A stretch of DNA of 27,928 nucleotides from assembly GCA_964528575.1 (NCBI GenBank), contig CAZGTQ010000264.1, forward strand, positions 1 through 27,928, read 5' to 3'. The notes under the pieces are model-generated. The model searched no databases. It had not been told where the DNA came from and saw only the letters and a list, made by a program, of their open reading frames with translations. A program made the position numbers and the translations under genes. Positions 8,747 to 18,492 of this stretch are shown piece after piece; the stretch's first letter is position 1, and every line of letters begins with the position of its first letter. This stretch comes from an uncultured Planctomycetaceae bacterium. GTDB lineage: Bacteria > Planctomycetota > UBA1135 > GCA-002686595.

Positions 8747-9121
8747 TCAGATCCGCTCGAGGTCCTCGGGCTCGATCGTCCAGGCGTGGTCGACGTCGCC
8801 GGTGTTGCGCGTCGCGGCGGGCTCGAACAAGAGCACCGCCGCGCCGTCGGGGGCGACGGGGCGGTGCTCGACGCCGCGGGGCACGACGAACAGCTCTCCC
8901 GGCGCGAGCTCGACCGCGCCGTCGCGCAGCTCGATCCGCACGCGGCCCTCGAGCACGAAGAACAGCTCGTCCTCGGCCGCGTGGCTGTGCCAGACGTAGG
9001 CGCCCTCGAGCCGAGCGAGCTTGACGTGCTGGCCGTTGAGCTCCGCGACGACCTTCGGCACCCACGGGGCGTCGATGCGGGCGAGCTGCGCGGCGAGGTC
9101 GACTTTCGGGTGCAACGCCAA
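8747..9121 (-). CDS. Cupin-domain protein (RmlC-like small barrel)
   Basis: 124 aa. Cupin motifs (WHSHAAEDELFFVLEG ... GELFVVPRGVEH). Last gene of the NfeD-flotillin operon on the minus strand. Confidence 0.75.
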   Translation of the reverse strand: MALHPKVDLAAQLARIDAPWVPKVVAELNGQHVKLARLEGAYVWHSHAAEDELFFVLEGRVRIELRDGAVELAPGELFVVPRGVEHRPVAPDGAAVLLFEPAATRNTGDVDHAWTIEPEDLERI

Positions 9122-9158
9122 GTCCTGCGTGTCGTCTCTGTGTCGTCTGCGTGCCGAC

Positions 9159-10895
9159 CTACGTGGCCGGCTCCTCGCGCGCGTCGCGCTTCGGGCCGTC
9201 CTTGGGCGCCGGCTTCGTCACCGCCGCCGTGGGGCCTTTCGTCGGGACCTCGGTCACCTCGGCGTCGCGCTCGTCCGGGTGCCCGTCGTCCGAGCGCTTG
9301 CCGTTGGAGCTCGCCGCGCCCTTGCCCGGCTCGCCGACGATGCGGCCGAAGTACTCGGGCATCTCGACGCCGCCGATGTCCTTCATGATCTGGAGCATCG
9401 GCGGGAGCGAGCCCGCGAGGTTGCGCAGGAAGCCGCTCGTCGCGCTCGTGCCGCCGGGCTCGCCGTTCCCGCCGCCGTCCCAGACGACGACCTTGTCGAA
9501 CTTGATGTTGGCGATCGCCTTGGCCGCGTTCTCGGAGAGCTTGTCGAGGTGCTCGAGCATGAGCATCTGGAACGCCGCCTGGGCGCCGCCGCAGCTCTCG
9601 ACGATCTCGCGCAGGCCTTGGCCCTTCTTCGCGAGGACCTCGTAGTTGCCGCGCGCCTCGGCGTCGAGCTTGGCGAAGATCGCCGAGGCCTCGCCCTCGG
9701 CCTCGATGCGGCGACGCTCGGCGGACGCCTGCGCGTCGACGATCGTCTGCGCCTTCTCCGCCTTCGCCGAAGCCTCGAGCTGCGCGCGCTTCTCGGCCTC
9801 GATCTTCTTCGCCTCCGCCTCGGCGGCCTTGGCCTCGGCGAGGAACTGGGCCTCGCGCACCGCGGCCTCGGCCTCGCGATGGCGCGTCTCGCTCTGCTGG
9901 TACGCCTCGGCCTCGCGCACGCGCAGGGTCGCGTTCGCGTTCGCGATCTCGGCCTTCGAGTCGTTCTCGCCGACGACCGCCTTCGCGTTCGCGTTCGCGA
10001 CGCGGATGCGCATCTCGCGCTCGGAGTCGCGCACCTGCGCCTCCTGCTCGTAACGCGCCTGCTGCTCGCCGACCGTGCGCTCCTTCTCGAGCTCGGCGAG
10101 CCGGACCGCCTTCTCGCGATCGGCCTGCTTCGTGCCGATCTCGCGCACCTTCTCTGCGTTGGCGACCGAGACCGCCTGGTCCTTCTGCGCCTCGGCGACG
10201 CCGATCGCGCCGCGCTTCACCTGCTCGGCGACGTCGACCTCGGCCTGCTTGATCGCGGTCGCGGCCGCCTTGCGCCCGATCGCCTCGATGTAGCCCGACT
10301 CGTCGGTGAGGTCCTTGATGTTCACGTTGATCAGCACGAGGCCGATCTTGCGCAGCTCGGGCTCCAGCGATTCCTGGACGCTCGCGAGGAACTGGTCGCG
10401 GTCGCGGTTGATCTCCTCGATGCGCATCGACGCGATCACCTGGCGGAGCTGGCCGAAGATGATGTCCTCGGCCTGCTTCATCACCTCGGCGGTCTTGAGC
10501 CCGAGCAGACGCACCGAGGCGTTGTTCATCGTCTCCTCCTCGGTGCCGATCGCCACGGTGAACACGCTGGGCACGTTCACCCGGATGTTCTCGCTGGAGA
10601 GCGCGCCGACGAGGTCGATCTCGATCTGGATCGGATCGAGATAGAGGAAGTCGTAGCTCTGGATCAGCGGCAGGACGAATGCGCCGCCGCCGTGGAGGCA
10701 CTTCGACGAGCGCCCGCCGCTCGTCTTGCCGTAGATCACGAGGATGCGGTTGCTCGGGCAGCGCTTGTAGCGGCGCGCCAGGATGATGAGCAAGCCCATC
10801 AGGATGACGACGCCCGTCACGACGGCGAGCGCGCCGAACAGGCCCGAATCGCCGTTCAACAGGCCGTCGCTCTGCAGCAGGATCGCGAGACTCAT
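9159..10895 (-). CDS. floT: Flotillin (SPFH/band-7 domain protein, FloT/YqiK-like)
   Basis: 578 aa. N-terminal membrane hairpin, SPFH domain, long Ala/Glu/Lys coiled-coil (AEAEAKKIEAEKRAQLEASAKAEKAQ). GGAGA RBS 5 nt upstream of ATG 10895. Confidence 0.9.
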   Translation of the reverse strand: MSLAILLQSDGLLNGDSGLFGALAVVTGVVILMGLLIILARRYKRCPSNRILVIYGKTSGGRSSKCLHGGGAFVLPLIQSYDFLYLDPIQIEIDLVGALSSENIRVNVPSVFTVAIGTEEETMNNASVRLLGLKTAEVMKQAEDIIFGQLRQVIASMRIEEINRDRDQFLASVQESLEPELRKIGLVLINVNIKDLTDESGYIEAIGRKAAATAIKQAEVDVAEQVKRGAIGVAEAQKDQAVSVANAEKVREIGTKQADREKAVRLAELEKERTVGEQQARYEQEAQVRDSEREMRIRVANANAKAVVGENDSKAEIANANATLRVREAEAYQQSETRHREAEAAVREAQFLAEAKAAEAEAKKIEAEKRAQLEASAKAEKAQTIVDAQASAERRRIEAEGEASAIFAKLDAEARGNYEVLAKKGQGLREIVESCGGAQAAFQMLMLEHLDKLSENAAKAIANIKFDKVVVWDGGGNGEPGGTSATSGFLRNLAGSLPPMLQIMKDIGGVEMPEYFGRIVGEPGKGAASSNGKRSDDGHPDERDAEVTEVPTKGPTAAVTKPAPKDGPKRDAREEPAT

Positions 10896-10923
10896 GGTTT
10901 TCTCCGATGCGTGTGTGGCGCGC

Positions 10924-11553
10924 TCAGCTCGAGGCGGGAGCCGCCGGCGCGACGCTGTGCAGTGGCTCGACCTCGAACGTGTCTTCCGTCGTCATGCCGA
11001 CGATCCGGACCTCGCTGCCGGTGGGCAGGTCCCCCGCCGCGGTGACCGCGGCGAACTGCAGCTCCTGACCCTGGATGCTCACCGTGATCTTGCCCTTGCC
11101 GCCGCGGTTGCCCGGGATGCGCAGGTAGACGCGCGCACTCTTGCCGACAGCCGAACGCGGCTTCACGTTGCCCTCCGAGTACAGCCGGCGCTGCAGCCGA
11201 AGCAGCCAGGCCACCGCGAGGAACACGACAGCGCCGGAGGCCGTCGACGTCACGAGCGAAGCCCCGGCGGGCCAGCCCGCGGACGTCGTCGCGAGGCCGA
11301 TCAGGCCGAAGAACGCGAAGAAGCCCGCGATCGCGCGGATCGAGAGCCAGCCGAGCGCGTCGCCGTGGTCGCCGTCGACGCCGACGTCTGCGTCGATCTC
11401 GTAGTCGCCGCCGAAGTCGCCGAGGCCGAAGAAGAGCAAGAGCAGTTGCAGGAGCAGGATCGAGCCGCCGAGCACCGCGCAGAGCATGTACACGGTGCGC
11501 AGCGACCAGTCCTCCGGGAGCCAACTCGCCGTCTCGATGAGCACCATCTGCAT
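10924..11553 (-). CDS. NfeD-like membrane protein (YuaF/YqiJ family, flotillin-associated, C-terminal OB-fold)
   Basis: 209 aa. N-terminal TM helices, acidic loop, C-terminal beta-rich segment (KSARVYLRIPGNRGGKGKITVSIQGQELQFAAVTAAGDLPTGSEVRIVGMTTEDTFEVEPL). The second in-frame ATG at 11547 is better spaced from the GGAGG RBS and may be the true start. Confidence 0.8.
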   Translation of the reverse strand: MQMVLIETASWLPEDWSLRTVYMLCAVLGGSILLLQLLLLFFGLGDFGGDYEIDADVGVDGDHGDALGWLSIRAIAGFFAFFGLIGLATTSAGWPAGASLVTSTASGAVVFLAVAWLLRLQRRLYSEGNVKPRSAVGKSARVYLRIPGNRGGKGKITVSIQGQELQFAAVTAAGDLPTGSEVRIVGMTTEDTFEVEPLHSVAPAAPASS

Positions 11554-11648
11554 GCCTCCGGTGCGCCAGCCTACCCGCGGGACACGCGAGCATTCAAACC
11601 AGCCCGCCGGAACTCGCGCGAACGGGCCGCTCTTATACTGTCCGCCCG

Positions 11649-12434
11649 ATGCTGGCGCTCCTCGTGATCGCGCAGCTCGCCGGGCTCCTGCCCCCGGAGA
11701 GCTCGGAGCTGCCCTGGTTCTACGAGGACTTCAGGTACGTCGGGCCCTTCGTCGTCCTGCTCCTGTGCGGGGTCGGTTTGCCGTTGCCCGAGGAGGTCAC
11801 GCTGATCGGGTCCGGCATCCTCGTGTACCGCGAGGAGGTCGAGTTCGTCCCGATCGTGCTCGTGTGCTCCGCCGCGATCCTGATCGGGGACTCGATCCCG
11901 TTCCTCCTGGGACGCCGCTACGGGCTGTCCGCGCTCAAGATCCGCTGGGTCGCGCGGATCGTCCATCCGGAGCGGTTCGCGCGCATCGAGCGGAAGTTCG
12001 AGGAGCACGGGAACTGGGCGGTCTTCCTGTGCCGGTTCTTCGCGGGCGTGCGCATCCCCGGCTACTTCGTCGGCGGGACGATGGGCATGCCGTACGCGCG
12101 CTTCCTCCTGCTCGACACGCTCGGCGTGGTGATCTCCGTGCCGCTCTCGATCTACCTGGGGATGCTGTTCGGCGGGCAGATCGAGAAGCTCCAGCGGAGC
12201 ATCGCCGATTTCCACCTGATCCTCGGCTTCCTCGTCGCGGCGCTCGTCCTGATCCTCGTCGTCCGCGCCCGGCGCAAGCCGCGCTCGAACCCGCCGCCGG
12301 CCCTGTTCTCCGACGAGACCGGGGAGGTTCCGCCGGAGGTTGCGCCAGAGCTTGCGCCGGACGCGGAGCAGACCGCGGAGCAGGGCGCGGAGCAGGCCGC
12401 GGAGCCCGAGGAAGGGCGCTCCCCCCGCGGTTGA
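11649..12434 (+). CDS. DedA/SNARE-associated (VTT domain) family membrane protein
   Basis: 261 aa. Conserved DedA core (LPLPEEVTLIGSGILV ... FFAGVRIPGYFVGGTMGMPYARFLLLDTLG). Low-complexity acidic C-terminal tail. Confidence 0.8.
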   Translation: MLALLVIAQLAGLLPPESSELPWFYEDFRYVGPFVVLLLCGVGLPLPEEVTLIGSGILVYREEVEFVPIVLVCSAAILIGDSIPFLLGRRYGLSALKIRWVARIVHPERFARIERKFEEHGNWAVFLCRFFAGVRIPGYFVGGTMGMPYARFLLLDTLGVVISVPLSIYLGMLFGGQIEKLQRSIADFHLILGFLVAALVLILVVRARRKPRSNPPPALFSDETGEVPPEVAPELAPDAEQTAEQGAEQAAEPEEGRSPRG

Positions 12435-12506
12435 CCGGGCCCCCCCGGCCGCTATTCTGTTCGCCCGATTCCCAGCACTCTCCTCACAACACCCCCGGCA
12501 ATCGGC

Positions 12507-14585
<2,079 letters not shown>

Positions 14586-14614
14586 GAAGGATCAGGCCAC
14601 CAAGGAGCGTCTCG

Positions 14615-15004
14615 ATCGATAGCAAGCAACTCGCCGTCGCCATCGCCTGGCTCGCCGACCAAAAGAAGGGACGCGACGTCCGCGTCCTCGACGTCAGCGA
14701 GCGCCTCAAGGTCGCCGACTGGTTCGTGCTCGTCACCGGCACCTCCCGGCCGCACGTCAAGGCGCTGTTCGACGAGATCCACGTGCGGACGAAGGCCAGC
14801 GGCGAGCGCCACCGGCCGGCGGAGGGAGCGGACCTCGGCTGGTGGGTGCTCCTGGACTTCGGCGACGTCGTCGTGCACCTGATGCAGAACGAGGCGCGCG
14901 AGTACTACGACCTCGACCGGCTCTACGGCGACTGTCCCGAGTTGGACTGGAACGCCGAGCCCGAGGTCGAGCTCGCGAAGCCGCGCCGCGCGGCCGAGGC
15001 GTAG
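14615..15004 (+). CDS. rsfS: Ribosome silencing factor RsfS (Iojap/DUF143 family)
   Basis: Aligns by eye with E. coli RsfS (VTGTSRPHVKALFDEIHV ... WVLLDFGDVVVHLMQNEAREYYDLDRLYGD). No in-frame ATG/GTG/TTG between the hppA stop (14585) and the conserved core. AAGGAG at 14602-14607 is followed 7 nt later by ATC at 14615, taken here as a provisional non-canonical start. Confidence 0.75.
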   Translation: MDSKQLAVAIAWLADQKKGRDVRVLDVSERLKVADWFVLVTGTSRPHVKALFDEIHVRTKASGERHRPAEGADLGWWVLLDFGDVVVHLMQNEAREYYDLDRLYGDCPELDWNAEPEVELAKPRRAAEA

Positions 15005-15094
15005 GAGCCGCGGCCGACGCGCCGCCGCCGGAACCGCCGAATCCGTCGCGTCCCACTCGCCTTCCGAAGCACCTGAGATCGCTTCGCAACCTCG

Positions 15095-15115
15095 GCGCGC
15101 CGGGACGCGGCGCGC
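15095..15115 (+). terminator. Weak GC-rich hairpin downstream of rsfS
   Basis: gcgcgccg (15095-15102), loop ggacg, cggcgcgc (15108-15115). No U-tract. Confidence 0.2.
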
Positions 15116-15231
15116 GCGGTGCGGATCGGAGCAAGTCCTACCCCGGCCGCGAGCGAGCCGCGCTAGAATCGGGCGTCCCCCCGCTGCTCCGCCCCCTCGG
15201 AGCCGCCCCCCCGTTCCAGTTGGAGGAGTCG

Positions 15232-16719
15232 TTGAGGATCGTCCTCTACCAGCCGCAGTCCGTGCGACCGTCGCGCGGGCCGCGGAGGCTGGATCTGCTA
15301 CCACTCGCCCTGCTGCGCGTCGCCGCGCCCCCCCTGCGCGACGGCCACGAGTGCGTGCTGATCGACGGCAACCTCGCTCCGCGCGAGGCGACGTGGCGGC
15401 GCGTGCTCGAAGCGTGCGACGGAGCCTCCCTCTTCGCGACGACCGGCAGCGTCGGCTGGCCGGGCGCCGACGCGTGGCTGTGCGCGCGCCAGGTGCGCGC
15501 GCGCCAGCCCCACCTGCCGCGGATCGTCGGCGGACCCTTCGCCTCGGCCGCTCCCGAGCTGTTCCTCGACGACGGCGTGTTCGACGCGGTCGCGTTCGGC
15601 CCGAGCGCCGCGACGCTGCGCGACGTCGCGGCCGCGCTCGCCTGCGGCGAGCCGCTCGACTCGGTCCCGGGCCTGGTCCTGCGCCGTGGCGGCGTCGACG
15701 TCGCGACCGAGCCGCGCCGGCCCGACGCGCCCCTGCCGCCGGCGTGGGAGCTCCTCGACTTCGAGCCCTATCGCGCCGGCCAGCTCGCCGGCGGCGGCGG
15801 ACCCGCGCCCGCGCCGCCCTGGTTCCCGCGCTCGCGGCCGCACGTCGCGATCGACACGACGTCGTGCGTCGAGACGACGGCCGGCCTGCAGCGGCCGCTG
15901 CCGGTCGAGCGCGTGCTCGACGAGCTCGAGGAGCTGCTCGAGCGCTGGGGCGGCTTCGACGTCGTGCGCTTCCACGACGCGGACTTCGGCGCGGACCAGC
16001 AGCGGACGCGCGCGTTTGCGGCGGGGCTGCTCGAGCGCCGCATCCGCATCGGCTGGAACGCGGCGATCGCGACGAGCTCGATCAACGGGTTCGCCGAGGC
16101 GACGCTCGACGCGTGCGCCGAGTCCGGCTGCTACCTGCTCGAGGTCGGCGCCGCGATGGAGCGGCAGATCACGCAGCGCGGGCTGCGGGCGACGCGCAGC
16201 AACGACGACTACCACGCGGTCGCGCGCCTGCACGCCCGCACGATCCGCGCGTCGATCACGTCGTTCGTCGGCTTCCCGGGCGAGAGCGAGGAGTCGATGA
16301 TGCAGACGCTCGACGAGGCACGTCAGCTCGCGCGGCGCTGCCCCAACGCCGCGCCGACCGTGCTGCGCTTCCGGCCGCTGCCCGGCACCGAGGAGCTGGA
16401 GGTCGCGCGCTCGCTCGGCTACGCGCCCCCCTCCGACGTCGAGGGCTGGCGCGACTTCGACGAGCCCGACTCGCGCTTCGCCTGGAACGGGCCGCCGCCG
16501 CGGGTGGCGCGCTCGCTCGCGCTGCACTCGCACTACGCCGCGCTCTGCCGCAGCACCCGCCGCCAGGGCGGCATGTTCGGTCGCCTGGCCGCCTGGCGAC
16601 TGCGCAACGACAATCTGCGCTTCCCGATCGATTCGGCGCTCTACGCGCTCGTCACTCGCTTCGACGGCCGCGACGGCGCCGAGAAGACCAGCCACCTCGT
16701 CGACGAGGTCGCCGGCTGA
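15232..16719 (+). CDS. B12-binding-domain / radical-SAM-fold homologue lacking the Cx3Cx2C cluster cysteines (probable pseudoenzyme or divergent non-radical enzyme)
   Basis: 495 aa; TTG 15232 preceded by GGAGGAG. Architecture and motifs of class-B radical SAM proteins are present: N-terminal Rossmann-like domain (RIVLYQPQ ... IVGGPFASAAPELFLDDGVFDAVAFGP), a GGE-like VVRFHDADFG, and ITSFVGFPGESEESMMQTLDEARQL. At the position where CxxxCxxC is expected the sequence is AIDTTSCVETTAGL (one Cys only). No Cx3Cx2C occurs anywhere in the protein. Confidence 0.65.
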   Translation: MRIVLYQPQSVRPSRGPRRLDLLPLALLRVAAPPLRDGHECVLIDGNLAPREATWRRVLEACDGASLFATTGSVGWPGADAWLCARQVRARQPHLPRIVGGPFASAAPELFLDDGVFDAVAFGPSAATLRDVAAALACGEPLDSVPGLVLRRGGVDVATEPRRPDAPLPPAWELLDFEPYRAGQLAGGGGPAPAPPWFPRSRPHVAIDTTSCVETTAGLQRPLPVERVLDELEELLERWGGFDVVRFHDADFGADQQRTRAFAAGLLERRIRIGWNAAIATSSINGFAEATLDACAESGCYLLEVGAAMERQITQRGLRATRSNDDYHAVARLHARTIRASITSFVGFPGESEESMMQTLDEARQLARRCPNAAPTVLRFRPLPGTEELEVARSLGYAPPSDVEGWRDFDEPDSRFAWNGPPPRVARSLALHSHYAALCRSTRRQGGMFGRLAAWRLRNDNLRFPIDSALYALVTRFDGRDGAEKTSHLVDEVAG

Positions 16720-16726
16720 CGGTCAT

Positions 16727-16755
16727 TCGCGGGCTCCGAGCCCGCGACTTTCGGT
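16727..16755 (+). terminator. Intrinsic-terminator-like hairpin after the radical-SAM-like gene
   Basis: tcgcgggctc c gagcccgcga is a perfect 10-bp inverted repeat with a 1-nt centre (16727-16747), followed by ctttcggt. Confidence 0.4.
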
Positions 16756-16939
16756 AGCCCGAGCCGCGCGACGGGATAGGACCGCGCGGGCGATATGATG
16801 GCCTCCCCGCGTGCCCCGGGCCCGGGACTCCACCTGCGCCCGCCGGACGACCGCCCGCCCCCAGAGACGCCGCGTGACCGATGCCGCTCCCCGTTCCACC
16901 GCCACGGCCCGGACCGCGGCGCGGGTGCGGACGCTCCCG

Positions 16940-18469
16940 ATGCGTCCCCTGCTGCGCGACTCGTGGATCGTGTTCGGGTCGGCGTTCGCGCTCTTCCTCG
17001 CGACGTTCGGCGTCCACAGCAACGGGCTGATCCTCGGGAACGACGTCGTTCCGTACGCGGTCGCCCTCACGTCCGGCGATCCCGCCGGCCTGTGGAACCC
17101 GCACCACCTGCTGTTCCACCCGATCGCGGGGCTGATCACCGACATGTGGTGCCTCGCGACCGGGAGCGAGCCGACGGTCGCGCGCGCCCTGCAGGGCCAG
17201 ACGATCGTCTCGGCCCTCGGCGGCGCGGCGGCCGTCGTCGTGCTCTTCCGCTTCCTCACGCACGTCTGCCGCCGCGCGACCGCGCTCCTGTTCGCCGGCA
17301 TTTTCGCGCTGTCGTCCGGGACGTGGCTGTACGCGTCGGTCGGCGAGACGTACCTGCCGGCCACCGCGGCGCTCGCGGCGCTGCTCGTCCACTGCGCGCA
17401 GGTGAAGCTCTCCATGCGCGCGCCGAACCCGGTGCTGATCGGGGCGTGGCTCTACGTCGCGGTCCTGTTCCGCCAGGACAGCGTGCTCGTCGTCCCCGCG
17501 CTCCCGTTCTTCCTGCCCTGGCGCATCGCGCTCGTGTCGATCTCGGGCTCAGGGCTCCTCGCGGTCGGCATGTACGGCTTCGCATGGCTGCTGTCGGGGA
17601 GCCAGCTCGGCTTCGCGACGTGGCTGTTCGGCCTCGCGGAGACCGGCCTGTGGGGCGAGGGGCTGAACATCACCGGCTTCGCCGTGTCGCCGGTGATGAT
17701 GCTGGCCGCGCTCGGCTTCGGCACGTTCTACGTGCAGACGATGTTCTTCGACACCGGCGGCGTCGTGCAGTGGATCCAGGCGGCGAGCGGCCTGCTCGCG
17801 GGCGTGCTGCTCGTGAGCGCGTGCCTGCCGCGCCGTCCGCTCAACGACAAGGGCCGCGCGGTCGCCGTCGGGCTCGGCGTGTTCGTGCTCGTGCGGTTCC
17901 TGTTCATCACGTGGTGGCAGCCGAGCAACCTCGAGTACCACGCGGGCACCGTCCTGCCGGTCGTGCTCCTCGTCGCGGTCCTCGGCGACCCGCGGATCGG
18001 CCCCCAGGCGCGCGCGCTGCGGCGCACCAAGCTGCTCGTGTGCCTGATCCTCGTCGGCGTCGGCAACTGGTTCACGCTGATCGGGCCCAACCAGAGCGAC
18101 GAGATCGCGCGCCGCTCGGCGGATGCGATCTCCTCGGCCGGGCCCGGCGGCATGGTCGTCGCGATCGACACGCTGCAGTACTACGCGTTGCTGCGCGAGG
18201 AGCCGCGCAACGTCACGCTCGTCGACGCGAGCCAGGCGCTGCTCGGCTCGCCCGAGCAGATCCCCGCGGTGCGCGCGGCGATCGCGCGGACGCTCGAGAC
18301 GGGCGGAGCGGTCTTCGTCGTGCGCGACGTCGTGCTGCCGGCGTTCTGGCGTCTGGCGCCGCCGGTCCCGACGGAGCCGCTGCATGCGCTCCTCGACGGC
18401 TACACGAGCGAACCCATCGCGGACCGCGAGGACCGCGTCTGGGCGATCCAGGTCAAGCCTCCGAATTGA
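16940..18469 (+). CDS. Polytopic integral membrane protein, GT-C-like (ArnT/PMT-type) putative glycosyltransferase, paralogue of the next gene
   Basis: About 509 aa from ATG 16940 (the longer ORF from 16811 is an Arg-rich extension). At least 10 hydrophobic helices. First-loop motif region GNDVVPYAVALTSGDPAGLWNPHHLLFHPIAG. Soluble C-terminal domain of about 100 aa. Confidence 0.5.
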   Translation: MRPLLRDSWIVFGSAFALFLATFGVHSNGLILGNDVVPYAVALTSGDPAGLWNPHHLLFHPIAGLITDMWCLATGSEPTVARALQGQTIVSALGGAAAVVVLFRFLTHVCRRATALLFAGIFALSSGTWLYASVGETYLPATAALAALLVHCAQVKLSMRAPNPVLIGAWLYVAVLFRQDSVLVVPALPFFLPWRIALVSISGSGLLAVGMYGFAWLLSGSQLGFATWLFGLAETGLWGEGLNITGFAVSPVMMLAALGFGTFYVQTMFFDTGGVVQWIQAASGLLAGVLLVSACLPRRPLNDKGRAVAVGLGVFVLVRFLFITWWQPSNLEYHAGTVLPVVLLVAVLGDPRIGPQARALRRTKLLVCLILVGVGNWFTLIGPNQSDEIARRSADAISSAGPGGMVVAIDTLQYYALLREEPRNVTLVDASQALLGSPEQIPAVRAAIARTLETGGAVFVVRDVVLPAFWRLAPPVPTEPLHALLDGYTSEPIADREDRVWAIQVKPPN

Positions 18470-18492
18470 CCCGGGGCTCGGCGCCCGGTCCC

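Noticed and set aside
7050-11045. Multiple long ORFs (7050..9065 -, 8326..10701 -, 9021..11045 +, 8389..9024 +)
   Set aside because: They overlap the well-supported ABC, cupin, flotillin and NfeD genes in other frames or strands. Low-complexity Arg/Gly/Asp-rich products, no domain signatures.
15298-16757. ORFs 15298..16695 (-) and 15351..16757 (+)
   Set aside because: Alternative frames over the radical-SAM-like gene. Arg-rich, no motifs.
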